Source of the DNA: the human T2T-CHM13v2.0 reference genome, Homo sapiens
DNA length: 64,000 nt
Assembly: GCF_009914755.1 (NCBI RefSeq)
Contig: NC_060925.1
Direction: 5' to 3' (one strand)
Shown here: piece after piece, positions 36,882 through 50,809 of the stretch
How the letters are laid out: each line of letters starts with the position of its first letter
How positions within the stretch are numbered: the stretch's first letter is position 1
Translations under genes and position numbers: made by a program
Notes under the pieces: model-generated
Seen by the model: the letters and a program-made list of their open reading frames with translations, nothing else
The model's database searches: none
What the model was told of the DNA's origin: nothing

Positions 36882-37489
36882 GTCACTATGGGCGAGGCAG
36901 TGTGACGTAGGGAGGGTGGCATGAGGTGGGACTGCGAGGGGGTGGGGGCCAGGGCCTGGGAGCTAATGGGTTCTGTATAGGATTCAGGTCTATATCCCAA
37001 GCAGCAGAGATATCGTTCCCCACCCACCCACCCACCCAACGTCATAGCCTCACCAAACTTTTCAATATTTCTCAAACTGTCCTTTCACTACCCAGTTATC
37101 ATCTTGGGCCCAGGATATTTCCTTTGTCTGGAAAGCTCTCTCCCACCTTCTCTATTCAGTTAACTGATGTATCCCACATAACTCACTTCAAGTATCACCT
37201 CCTCCAGGAAGCCTTTCATGACTTCCACTGGTCACCACCCCCAGGGCTGGGCTGAATACTGCTTCTCTGTACTCCTCAGTACCTTCTTCTTGGTTTCATT
37301 GTTCATCTCCCTTCAGTAAAGAAACATTTATTGGAGGAACATGCTCAAGCTCTTTATTATAGAAGGGGTATATAATCAAAAAAGTTTAGTGACCTGAACC
37401 CTAGATTCTGAGCTTTTTGAGAACAGAGATTGTCTTAGTCCACTCTTTATTACTTTAAGTGTTATTCAGTGCCTGGTAAAAACCAGCAA

Positions 37490-37715
37490 TTGCCTACTTG
37501 CTTACTCTGTGCGAGACCACTGGCCCCAGCATTTTACATGCTATTTATTTATGCAATCCTGTGAGGAAAGTAGGTATCATGCCCATTTTACAAGTAAGAC
37601 AAATGAGGCACAGAGAGACTGAATAATTTGTCCAGGACCACACAGCTAGTAAGTGACAGAGAAAGATTCAAACTCAGGCAATGTTGACTCCAGAATGTGG
37701 ATTCTTAAACAATAT
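37490..37715 (-). mobile_element. MIR SINE
   Basis: caatcctgtgagg...cccattttaca...tgaggcacagagag...cacacagctagtaagtgacagag. Confidence 0.8.
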
Positions 37716-38728
37716 GTTGAGGCCCGTCTGTATAAAGCATTCAAAAGAGCTGGGGGTGATTAGACGATCACTATCATTAGAAGATCTGTATTTTCAGCCT
37801 CATTAACCCACTTTTCATCTCCTGCCTACTTTTTCTCATATTTTGTAACAGTCCTCCTTGGAAGCTTCTGCCAGTCCAGCATGACTTCACATGGAGCAGT
37901 TACTGTGATGAGATTCCTGCTTATCTCTACGTGGTCACCTGGGAGATCCTTGTCTTCCTGACAAGATTTTAGGGAGGACTAGACACCTTGATGAAATTGT
38001 GGAACCCCCGCAAGAGACCTATCCAACCATATTTGCAAATCCTGTCTGCAGTAGGAGTGGGAGGAGAAGAGAATTGCCTGGGAAGATTTCCAAGATGCTT
38101 CCAATTGAAATCTGAAGGCCATGAGACAGACTTTCATGCCGGGCTTCACCCTCTGCCTGCCTCTGCAGCTTACGCACTGCTTGGATTTGTGTAGTCATTT
38201 ATTCAGCACTCACCAGAACCTACTATGTGCTGGGCATTGGGCTAGATGCTGAGCTTACAGAGATGCCTAGCTCATAGCTTAAAGGAACAGTTCAACGAGC
38301 AGGAGGGCCATATTAATACCCTGAAGCAAATGCTGTGGCTGAGGTCGCAGGAGCACAAGAGGAGGGACCCTTGACCCAGACTGGGAGTACTGAGGATAAC
38401 CTCCTGGCCAAGGCAAAAATGGAAGGAACTTTGAAAGTGAATTTGTGTTTGGATCTTGACATTTTCCTTACAACTACAGGTCTTCGGGAGAAGTATTTAA
38501 CCTCTCTGAGCTTGGATGGTCTTATTTGTATAATGGTAGTAATAGTATGTACAGTATGGACTTAATGAGATAATGAAATAAGTGTTTATCAGACACATAG
38601 CTAATATTTGTTGAATTCTCACTAAGTGGCAGGCATTGTTCTTTGCATTTTAGGCCATTTAGCCGTAACAACTCTGTGATATAAGAACTATTATTATCAT
38701 AGTTTTATAGCTGAGAGAGCTGAGGCAC

Positions 38729-39195
38729 TGTCTGATCTTGGACTAACCAACCAGAGACAGATCCTGAGACAAGATCTCAAGTGGAAATAATTTCTGGAGA
38801 GGTGCAAAGAGCATGGGTAACATCAAGAAAAGGGAAGCCAGCCAATAACCGCATGATTAAGTCAGCTACTACAGTGGGTAACTAGTGCTTAATCTTTCAG
38901 GGAAACTGTGAAAAACAGTGCAAAACACGTGCCTTGGAACTATCCCAGTCAAGAGGCAAGGGAGTTGGGGCATTTATACCCTCATTATCTGTCGGTCGTT
39001 GGTTCAAAGCTGCCCCCAGAAGACTGGGCCTGCACATTGACAAAGAGCACATTGACAAAGTGGGTTCTGGAAGCCCAAGCACAGCCCTGCAACAAAGATG
39101 CAGGTGCTGGCCATAGAAAGTGGGGCTGGATCAGAGGCAAGTACTGAAGGGATCTGAAGGGATAGATGCCACGAACTCAGAATGTCTGCTCTAAA
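38729..39195 (-). mobile_element. LTR16C-like solo LTR inserted in a MIR (about 38600-39310)
   Basis: cagatcctgagacaag...agctactacagtgggtaact...aagggagttggggcatttatac; MIR halves ctgaggcac / agaggttaagaacttgccc flank it. Confidence 0.75.
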
Positions 39196-40057
39196 TCCCA
39201 GAGGTTAAGAACTTGCCCTCCGACCAACAGCTAGTAAGTGACAGAACTGGGATTTAAACCCAGGCAGCCTGGCTCCAGAGCCCACTCAATAAATCCACAC
39301 TGTCTGCCTCTCTCAGTGCCGGCTACATACAGTGTAGCTCTTGAGGTTGTCATTGTTATCATGACTATTGTTTTCTTATTCTACCTCTAGAGATCAAACC
39401 CAAGGTCGAGTAATCAAGTCATTGTTCTACCTTGTGTTGTGTTGGGAAGAGTGATTTTGGGAATTGGGGCTCTTTAGTTCAAGTCCTAACTCTGCCCTGC
39501 CTAGCTAGACAGATTGTTTTTCCTTTCTGGCTCTGATTTCCTCAGTTATAAAAGAGGTGTCAGATTCGATGATCCCTAAGGAAGTTTCTGTGTCTGACAT
39601 TTCTCTCATATGGTTTTCCTACCAGCGTGCAAGATGTCCTCCTGGTAGGACCTGGTCAGTGGGTGTCTCTGGCTTGACCGTCTCCACCCTTTTAGACGGC
39701 CAGCTTCTGATTAAGCAGGACTGACGTTAATTTATGTACTTACGAAATCCTCCTCACTGGGAACAAGAGGAAATTAAATTGCTCACTGAGTCGGTAACAG
39801 ATGGTTGGCTCCATCTTCTTTCTGACTGGGACCCCCCCAGAGAGAGTAATTGAGGGCATCCTGTCACACGAAAGAGACCGAGGGGGCGAGGGAGACTGAG
39901 GGATGGTTGGGAGGCCTCTCTCCAGCACATCACTCATTCTGATGTCTCCCCATTTCTCAGTGAAGGAGAAAATCAAATAACACCCGGAAGGAAGTAAGCG
40001 GTTTGTAAATAGGGCACACTGGGGTGCCTCCAGCTTTTTCATTCTGCTTTATTTATT

Positions 40058-40134
40058 GTGTGCGTGTGTGTGCATGTATGTGTGTGCGTGAATGTGCATG
40101 CATGTGCACGTATGTGTGCATGAATGCACATGTG
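40058..40134 (+). repeat. Degenerate (TG/CA)n tract
   Basis: gtgtgcgtgtgtgtgcatgtatgtgtgtgcgtgaatgtgcatgcatgtgcacgtatgtgtgcatg. Confidence 0.85.
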
Positions 40135-40685
40135 AACCCTCAAACCCAAGTTGGAGGTTTCCCAAGCATCCAACTCAGGAAACTCAACTTGGTCAGTTTC
40201 AAGGGAACCCCTGAATGGACCTGGAGGCTGACTGAGCCCTGCTCATTCATGCACATGCTGGCCCCGCTCCAAAACCTCCAGAATGCTAGTTTTAACCAGA
40301 TGACACAAGATTTCTTATTATTGTTCAGCTGAGGGAGAGAGCAGTGAGAGATTGAAATCTACATCAACTCTGCAAACACACATCCACCACATCCACACGT
40401 AAAACTCCACTGTGCCTCCTGAAACCTTCTTATTCTTTCGCTAGGTATCCCTTCAGGCCTCTTAGCCAAATGCCCAGTAGAATGTTAGGACCTCCCTTTG
40501 ATGTCAAATTCCAAAAAGACTTTTTTTGAGGAGATGTCAAAAAAGTGTAATTTGGAACATCAAAAACCAATAAGCTCAGAAAAACCTGAGTTTAAATCCT
40601 TGCTCTGTCACTGACAAGCTGTGTGTCCTTGGGCAAGTCACTTATCCTCTCTGACCTCTCTTTTGAATTTTAAAATGGGAATATG

Positions 40686-40851
40686 GGCCTGGCATTGTGA
40701 CTCCCTTCTGATATCACAGCACTTTGGGAGGCTGAGGCAGGAGGATCACTTTAGCCCAGGAGGTTGAGGCTGCAGTAAGCTGTGTTCATGCCATTGCACT
40801 CCAGCCTGGGCAAGAGAGTGAGACTCTGTCTCAGAAATAAATAAAATAAGA
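40686..40851 (+). mobile_element. FRAM/Alu monomer inserted in a MIR (about 40575-40950)
   Basis: ggaggctgaggcaggaggatcac..agcccaggaggttgaggctgcag; TSD taaaatgggaatat / taaaaagggaatat. Confidence 0.88.
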
Positions 40852-41419
40852 TAAAAAGGGAATATAGACATCTTATTTTGAGGATTCTAGGAGACAGTAT
40901 ATGTAAGGCAGCCAACAGAAAGCTTGGAAAACTGTAGATGTTTAATAAATGTTTTTTCTAAGAACCTCAGAAGCCAATTTTGAAGAAATCTTTGAAGTCA
41001 CTTCTAGATTTACCAATCACTGGATTACAGACTGACAAGGCAGAATGTAGGTGCATCCAGCCCCTGCCACTTCCTGTTCCTCCTTAGTGACAAACGGTGG
41101 ACCAGCTCTCCCATCACCTACACTCCTCAACACATACTCACACATGCTTTTCCCTCATACCATGGGTCCAGCAGATAATTTGTGCTTCTTCCAGTCCACA
41201 ACTTGGTTTGAGTTGGACAATGCCAGCCTCTCACAGTACAGGAGGCTTCCAATAATAACATCTCCTAAATAGTTAATGTAACAAAAGTGTTAAAGCTTTA
41301 AACATAGGAAAAAATATCACCTATAATTACACTGCCCTAATATCAAATCTTTATTCCATTAGCAAACAAACTTTTACATCATCGCCAAGGCTTTTTGTTC
41401 ACTTAAGATTTGGTAGTCT

Positions 41420-41655
41420 TTGGACTAGACCCTGGAATAGACAAAGAGCATTAGTGGAAAAACTGGCAAAATCCAAATAAAGTCTGGATTTTAGTTAATA
41501 GTAATGTACCAATGTTAATTCCATGGTTTTGACAAGTGCACCATTGTAATGTAAGATATTAACCTTGCGGAAAGTCAGGCAAAGGGTAGGTGAGAACTCT
41601 CTGTACTATTTTTGCAATCTTTCTGCAAATCTAGATATTCTTAAAATTAAAAGGT
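41420..41655 (+). mobile_element. L1MC/L1MD-type 3' end
   Basis: cattagtggaaaaactggcaaaatccaaataaagtctg...gaactctctgtactatttttgcaa. Confidence 0.75.
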
Positions 41656-42219
41656 CACTTTATGAAGAGCAAAGTATAAAATAGTGTATGTTGTATGTAA
41701 TACTTGTATAAATAAATAAGCAATCATGTTTACTCTTCTAAACAGAAACTAATACTCAACACATTGTTTAAACATAGTAATTACAGTTCCCATTTTTGTT
41801 GCTAAATAATAGTTCATCCTAAAATATCAAATTTCTATTTTTTCTAACTCTGCCACTACCTACTAACAGTAAAAATTTACTTCACCTTTTTTGCTTCTAT
41901 TTCCACATCTGTAAAATGAAGGTTATAATAATGTCCCACTCAGATGCTTTTGTGAAGATTAAATGAGATAATGCAGTACCTAGTGAATAGTAATTGCTGA
42001 CTTGTTGTTATTACTCTCATTCTCCTGTCTTGGTTCTTATTCAAACTCCAGTATTAAGCCCCATGTGATGCTGAAGAAATTGCTCAGCATCTCTGGAATT
42101 CGGCTCTCCACATGTTAATCAAAATTGTCTTTTGAGCAACATATGAGGAACCTTGGTATGCACTGTCATACTATGCTAGAGAACAAGTAAAGCAGGAGAA
42201 ATAAAAACAGCCAACCTTA

Positions 42220-42430
42220 GGGCTTACTATGTGCCAAACTGTTACAAGAGTCTTAAAAGCATTACTCATATAATCCTCACATCAACGGTATAAGGTAGGA
42301 ATTCTCCCTTATAGAGATAAGAAAACTAAGGCTCAGAGATGTTAAGCAACTTGCCTAGGGGCACACAGCCTTTCATGTCAGAGCTGGACTTGAACTAGGT
42401 GGCCTGACTCCGGATTTGGTGCTCTTAACC
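42220..42430 (-). mobile_element. MIR SINE
   Basis: cttactatgtgcca...gaaaactaaggctcagagatgttaagcaacttgcct. Confidence 0.8.
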
Positions 42431-42985
42431 CTGCTGAGCAGAGACAGATATGATCTGTTAGCACCCCAACCCTCACAGCAGCTGAGGAGTGTGTCCCAGC
42501 CAGCAAAAATGATATGGGAGAGGCACCATCAGCATTTACTGCAAGGAAGATGAAAAATTGCACCCTGATTCTTGCATGTTTCTGCCCCGAAGTGATGCAC
42601 ATCTCTTGCACTCACATTTCATTGGTCAAAACAAATCACCTGGTCATGCCTGAGATCAAAGGTTCTGGGCACAGAAAGAAGAAAACTATAAATACTGATG
42701 AGTAGCACTAATGTTAGATGAGCATTATTAATGGAAAGGGGCTTTCTTAGAAGGCTAGAAGCCCTTTGTTTATACTGAAATTGCAGTTCATCAAATAATG
42801 AGTGTTACTATATTAATAATATGATGTATCTTATGTATACATTATATATAAGCATATGATATATACATACTATATAAAATGGCAATAATAATTGTTGCTG
42901 GTTGTGTTTTTAGCAATTTTAACAAATAATCTTCTACCTCAAATATATATCAGCTCCACTACTTGCTAATTGTATGATTTTCTAG

Positions 42986-43078
42986 CTTGACCAACCATCC
43001 CAGGTTCCCTGGGGCTAAGGGATTGCCCACGATGTGGGACTTTTGGTCCTGGGCAAACAATGACAATTGGTCACCCTA
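42986..43078. mobile_element. MER94/MER81-like hAT-Blackjack element inside a MIR
   Basis: tgaccaaccatcccagg...gatgtgggacttt..gtcctgggcaaac...ttggtcaccct. Confidence 0.65.
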
Positions 43079-43914
43079 CCTTGGCAAGCCTCCTAACCTC
43101 TCTAAGCCCCATTTTTTACATTTGTCAGATGGAAGATAACCAAATCTACTTTTTGTGGTGATTAAATGTATATGTAAACACATGGCACAATTTCTAGTGC
43201 ATGGTAAATTCATTAAATTCTGACTATATTAGTAGCAGTAGTATAAAGTTCCCAATAATTGGATGAAATAAAAATCAATATTCCCACCTTACGGAGGAAG
43301 ACATTAAAACCCCAGCAGATCATGAGACTCGCCTGAGTACACAAGCCCACTGCAAGCCTGCTCTTTGGTTCTGCAGAGGCCAGGCACTGCCCTCTGTCCC
43401 CACCCCGCCTAGCAGCAGGAAGCTGCTTCTTGGGCTGAGGCCTTCTCTGGCCTGGAGGAAGTGCTGTCTTGAAGCATCTCAATGGCTCCCCTCCATGATT
43501 TACACCTCCCATGTGAACTTACGCAGGTGCTTCTGTTCTTGGATCTGTGAAAAACGCTTCTTGCTGGAGGATTTAGAAACCTGGATGTGTGGCGAGAGAT
43601 GTGCTCTGAAAACCCTCTTCTGGAGAAATAGGGGCTTTCCTTCAAGGAGTGACAAACTACAGTTTCCCTAAAGGAATACTCATCCCTTGTGCTTAGGAAG
43701 CGTGTGATATCTGGTAAAGGCTTTCTATAGGAATCACTCCACTTGTTATTCCCAAAAAACATAAGAGAAAGGAGACTTCATCACCTCCACTCCCCAGAGA
43801 CAGAAAGTCAGGCTCAGGGAGCTGAAGCAACCCCAGAGAACAGGTCTCCGGCCTGGCAGAGTTCTCTCTGCCATAATAAGATTTTCAGATGGCACTCCAG
43901 GAGTCATGGTCTAT

Positions 43915-44031
43915 TAGGGTAAGCAACCATTCTGATTTGCCCAGGACTGTCTTTGTTTTAGAACTGAAAGTCACCCATCACAGGACATCCCCGGTCCCGG
44001 ACAACCAGCATGGCTTCCCTGGTTACCCCTA
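43915..44031. mobile_element. MER94-like hAT-Blackjack element
   Basis: tagggtaa..aaccattctgatttgcccaggactgt...actgaaagtc...gtcccggacaa...ggttaccc. Confidence 0.7.
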
Positions 44032-44313
44032 ACCATCTATTTTATACCATTATTTAAATTTACGTATATCTTACGCTCCTCATTGTAGACTCACCACAGT
44101 AATAAAAAAGAAATTAATTGGGAAATTGATTTCGTCTTGTGCACTAGATTATAAGCTTCAGGCAGGCATTGGCCAAATCTGTGTTCGTTGCTCCCAGCCC
44201 ATTACGTTACACAAAGGAGTCTCTCAATATATCTTTCTCTAATAAATGAATGAATAAATAAATTTCTCAGTAAATATTAGATAAGAGTACCTAGTAACCA
44301 CCCTTGCTCACAT

Positions 44314-44606
44314 CAGCATTTCCTAAAATATCTTCCTTCCAGAAGCTGTTAATATTCATTTTTTAAAATAAGGGTTTCCTTGGTGAAATGAACACCAGAA
44401 CACTGGGTTAGACAAAGCCAGTTGATTTATTTATAATGCAGGGACCTTCCTATTTACTGAGCAAAGTACAGTCAAAAGGGCTGGGGGTGGGGTGGTGGAC
44501 AAGTAAGTGCATGCTGTTCTCCAAGAACAGTAATTTAACCATGAACCTTTTAGCAAAGGGCATTTGAGAGACTTGTGCTCTGCCAAATATCTTCTGAGAA
44601 ATGCTG
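44314..44606. mobile_element. Old hAT-Charlie element (MER103/MER112-like)
   Basis: TIR-like cagcatttc ... gaaatgctg. Confidence 0.5.
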
Positions 44607-45399
44607 GACTAGATAACTAACCATGTGTACTCTCTGCTGTCAACTCCATTTCCTTTGAGCCTGTAATTTTTATTATTGTTACTAATGCCATCCATCCTTG
44701 TTGTTCCATGTCAATGGATAAGAGAGAACTAAGGATAAGCTCTGCCCCTCTCCCTGTAAACTCTAACTCTCCAAACTCTCATACTTTCTCCCTCCAAGGC
44801 AAACTAATGTGTCACAAAAATAAATTACCATGGTGTGCTGGCTTGTTTCCGAAATACTCCTGAGGGATGACAAGCTGTTCCAGTTTATTCCTCCCCAAAC
44901 CCTCATATCACCTTCCATTCATGATCCTCATGGTCCCTACTGAACAGTGGAAGGAAACTCTTTGGACATCCTATTAGGATGGTGTTGGTGGCAAAATTGC
45001 TTTTATCTTACTAGCTGAGAGCTGAGTGCTCAGTGGCCAGGTGGCCAGATTCCTCCATGGCTCAGCAACCTCCCTGGCCATTATTCACAAGTAATGACTA
45101 ATCAGTCACCTAGAGCCTGTAGAGGAAGAAAAATCAAAGAAAGGGTTTGCTTGACTGTCATGAATGCTGAAAGAATAGTAGCAAGGGGTGGCGGGAATTG
45201 CACCGGCTCCTGAGGGGATGAAATAATGGCGCATTTCAAAGTACATTTAAAGTTGTTTTGAAACACATCAGCCAATGACTGGGTACAAAGTCATCTGTCA
45301 ACATGAAAAAAAGGAGAGAGTTGATCAATTTTCAGTCTCAGAAAGGACACAAAGATAAACTTTCCTGCTATGTACCAGTTTTTTTTCCTATTGATATTC

Positions 45400-45720
45400 A
45401 TGTATTAATTTTTATTCTTTAACAAATATTTAAGAACCAATTACATGTTGGGCACCATTCTAGCTACAAGAGACACAGTGGTCAGCAAAAGAAACACTGC
45501 CAGCCTTCCCAGAGCTTATAGATTAGTGAGGGAGAGGGTGAATAACCAGATAAACAAACGCTCGTCAGTGCTATGAAAGAAAAGAAGGAACGATACACAG
45601 TGCTAATGGCAAATGTATGACAGAACAATGTGAGCTCGGATGAACAATCAGGGAAGACTTTCTTGAGGAGGTGACATTTGGACTGAGATCTAAAAGATGA
45701 GCAGAGAGTCTCTTATTTGA
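45400..45720 (-). mobile_element. L2 3' end
   Basis: aacaaatattta...cagggaagactttcttgaggaggtgacatttggactgagatct. Confidence 0.75.
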
Positions 45721-45744
45721 ACATGGTAAGATAGGTATTCTAAT

Positions 45745-46280
45745 ACCGTATATCAGAATAGTTTTGCCTGTGAGTAGCATTAACTCAACTAAAAATGACT
45801 TAAACAAAAAAAAAAAAAAAAAGTCTTATGCAATAAGAAGACTGGAGGAGGCAGAGTTTCAGGGTTGATTAAGCGGCTTAACAGTGTTATCCAGAACCAG
45901 GTTTTCTCATTAATCTACCTTGCCATTCCCCCGGGGGAATGGCATGTCCTTTTGGTCTGCCACATGCAGCCTCATGCAATGGCTAACACAGCCCAGGCAT
46001 CACATAAGATAACAACATTCTGGGGCAGAAAAGTATGTGTTTCTTTCCCTGAGGCTCCTTTTTCTTTTGCAGAAATGCTTTCCCTGTGTCTCCCAGCAAA
46101 CATACCCCTCATGCCTCATTGGCCAGAATTTCAACACATGCACATACTTAAAGCAGTTGTTGGCAAAATAAAGGAATTACTTTGATTGGCTTAGATCAAG
46201 ATTAACCCACTGGGGGCTTCAACCTCCTCCCCAGAAGTTTGTGATTACTTGATATCTATATAAACATAGGGTTTTGTTAG
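45745..46280 (-). mobile_element. MLT1K-type MaLR LTR
   Basis: cagggttgattaagcggcttaacagtg...ccccagcaaac..ccctcatgcctcattggccagaat...tgattggcttagatcaa. Confidence 0.7.
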
Positions 46281-48009
46281 GTAGATAGATAGATAAGATA
46301 GGTAGATAACAGAAAGTAGATAACAGAAATTTTGCCTGTGGTCAATTTTACAATAAGAAAACTGAGATCAAAGAGTTGCACAACTTGCCTCACACAATTT
46401 TGAATTGGAGCACAGATGAATCTGACCCCAGTTTGTGCTTTTCTCTTTATACTGAAGCATGCAGTGAAGACTGGACCAGATCCACAGGGAACTGATTCTG
46501 TGTTCCAAGATGGGGGGCTGGCCCTGGTGTTGAGTTTGCAGGTGAAGGAGCTCCAATTATAGGAGGAAACAAAAGGCTAGGAGCAGCAAGAGCCCAACAC
46601 ATTTTCAAGGGAGAAATTTAGGGACAGGGGACACAAGCACAAGAGATGACTATAACTAGGGATCCCATTAATGTCTCAGAAATAAGGGGAAAATCCCAGC
46701 TACTGGAATTGAGGCTCTGGCAGGCAGACTAAGTGACTGAGTAAAACGCTTGCATCCCTTCCCTGTCTCACCACTGGACTGCACAGCTGCCTTGGCTGTG
46801 AGTACAGCAGGGCTAAAGAATGTGGGAGTAGGGCGGATTATGAGAACAGTTCAAAGGTGGTCCATCCACGTTTATAGAGTAGAGAAAGAAATAGAATCCA
46901 ACAAAAGAAAGTGGAAGAAATAATCATTGAGGTAGAAAAAATGGAAATAGCGTAGAAGGCAAAACAAAATTTTCATAGGAAAGGGATGGTGAAACCAAGG
47001 TCTGGCATAGAATATGAGTGGAATACACTTGGATACATCCACGCGTGCATGAATGAATAAATGGCTGAATGAATTGGCCAAGCACAGGGGAAGGGCCAGA
47101 GAGGCTGTAGGACCTGCACGTATCGCGGGAATGAATCTTAGCCCCCAGGGGTTGGAATCGAGGAGAAAAGAGACAGATGGAATGCTCTTGAGGATAACTG
47201 GTCAATCTCAGGACTTGGGTCCTCTTGGACTTGAACACGGGGTGGGAGCCAGGTTACCCTGACCCTTTTTCAGACGCAGCTGCAAAGTCAGGCTCTGCTG
47301 CCTTTTCTGCCCTTCATAGATGATGTGCATGTCCTCTGACAAACTGGCCAGGGTCCTTGAAACAAAGCCTACACTACTGCAAATAATAGAAAACCAAGCA
47401 GATGGAACTTCCCAGGATGGGTGAGAATAGGATAGGAGAGACCAACCACCAAATGTAAATTTTCTAAACTCAGGGATGACCTTGGAGGAGTCCTCGTGCT
47501 CCACTCTAGGATTGTGTTCAGTCATACCCCTGTCCTGAAATCTCAGGGAGGCCTAGGTTGGAGGTAAGACACCACTTCTTCAAACGTGCCCCCTTGATTT
47601 CCTAATCCAGTGCCTCAGTGCATGCTGTCCTCTCAAAGTGAAATGCTTGCCTACCCCACGTTGACTTGTCCCCAAAGGAGACAACTTCCTGAAGCCAGGC
47701 TGTTTCCTTACAGATCCCCTCATTTAAGGCAGTTGGGGCTTCCATATATCATAGCAGTCATTCCACTGTATTTACATCTAATAATTCATCTGTTTTCTTT
47801 GTAGCCCAAGAATTTTTTGAGATAGTAACAATATTTCATGTCTGTATCTGTAGTGACTAGCATAACACCTGATTATGTGGTCAAATCAGGGGTATTCACT
47901 GACATATGTATGATTTTATAAGCAGGTATATAATAATGCATAAAAGAATGAGGGATATGTGAATGAGTGAATGGGAGTACGTGACATAATTGGAGAATAA
48001 AAAATAAAT

Positions 48010-48320
48010 GAGGGGTTTCTGGTTCCAATCAAGATGGTATATGCACCCTTCACTCTGTCTTGCTCCTACTAAAAGCAACTGAAAACCCTGCAAATAAATC
48101 ATAGAGCAGCTATCTAAGGACTCTGAAAAGCAAATGATAGTGGGTGAATCTGCCAAGGAAACAACTTCAAGTAAGAGCAAACTGTTGGTGAATTTCCTGT
48201 TGATTTTTCCTCCAGGATTCCCCCATCGTGCCCTTGACTCAAAGGTGACCTGAAATCTAGAACCATGCACTGGGTGAAAATAGAAGCCCTAAGAAAAATC
48301 TTCTAATCCTGGTCTGAGGA
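48010..48320 (+). mobile_element. Old L1M 5' UTR-like fragment
   Basis: tttctggttcc..caagatgg...aaaaccctg...ctatctaaggactctgaaa. Confidence 0.55.
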
Positions 48321-48431
48321 GTGGCTTCCCACTCCGGGAGGTGGAGCTCAATTTCTTTCCCCCCAATGTGTGGGCTGGATTTAGTGACTCGCTTCCAAAA
48401 AACAGAATACGGAAAGGAAAAATCGAACAGT

Positions 48432-48975
<544 letters not shown>

Positions 48976-49011
48976 TTACAAATCAGAGGAGACCAAGGAG
49001 ACACAATAACT

Positions 49012-49340
49012 TTCTAATTTTTTAAATTTTTATTAATTTAATTTTATTTTTTCAGGGATATGATTTTGCTCTGTCACTCAGGGTGGAATGCCGTGATGCA
49101 ATCACGACTCACTGCAGCCTCAGCCTCCTAGACTCAAGCAATCCTCCCGCCTTAGCCTCCCAAGTAGAGGGGACGGTAGGCACGTGCCATACACCCAGCT
49201 AATTTTTTATTTTGATTTTTTGTAGAGGCAAGGTCTCACTGTTTGCCCAGGCTGATCTCGACCTCCTGGGCTCAAGCGACCCTCCCACCTTAGTCTCCCA
49301 AAGTGCTGGGGTTACAGGCGTGAGCCACTGAGCCCATCCC
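49012..49340 (-). mobile_element. AluJ SINE
   Basis: ctcactgcagcctc...gctcaagcga.cctcccac; degraded TSD gacacaataact / gacacatgataact. Confidence 0.92.
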
Positions 49341-49838
49341 TGACACATGATAACTAAATGTAATAAGAAATCCTGAATTGGATCCTAGAGGAGAAAAAAG
49401 TCTTTAGTGAAGAAATGGGTGGATCCAAATTAAAGTCTGTAATTTGGTTAATAGTATTGTGCCAGTATTAATTTCTTAGTGTTGACAACATATCATGATA
49501 ATGTAAGATGTGAACATCAGGGGAAAATGGGTGAAGGATACATGAGAACGCCCTGAATACATAAAGTTATTCCAAAATAAAAAGTATATTTTAAAAGATA
49601 AAGGACAAGAAAAGACATACTATACAAATACTGATCATAAGAAAGCTAGACGGGCTTTAGTAAACATCAGGATAGAAAAAAATACCAAAGATAAACAGAG
49701 GGAAACACAGTTAATGATAAATGGAGCAATAGAAAACAAACGACAAGTTAAGACTGGAAGAAAATATTTGCAGCTCACGTACTCAGTGTAAGACTTATAT
49801 TCAGAAAAATATAAAGAAGTCTCAAATCTCAACAGTAA

Positions 49839-50307
<469 letters not shown>

Positions 50308-50464
50308 TGAGATAGAGATACCATTATAACCCTATGAAAATGGCTAAAAAAAAAAGAAGACAAAGCCACATGTTCACGATGATGTGGGCCAACTGGAACT
50401 TTCATTCACTGCTGGTGGAAATGCAACATCACAGAGCCACTCTGCAAAAAAGTCTACAGTTTCA

Positions 50465-50809
<345 letters not shown>

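Noticed and set aside
46688-46697. NF-kB consensus GGGATTTTCC on the minus strand
   Set aside because: A single degenerate 10-mer match is expected by chance in 64 kb
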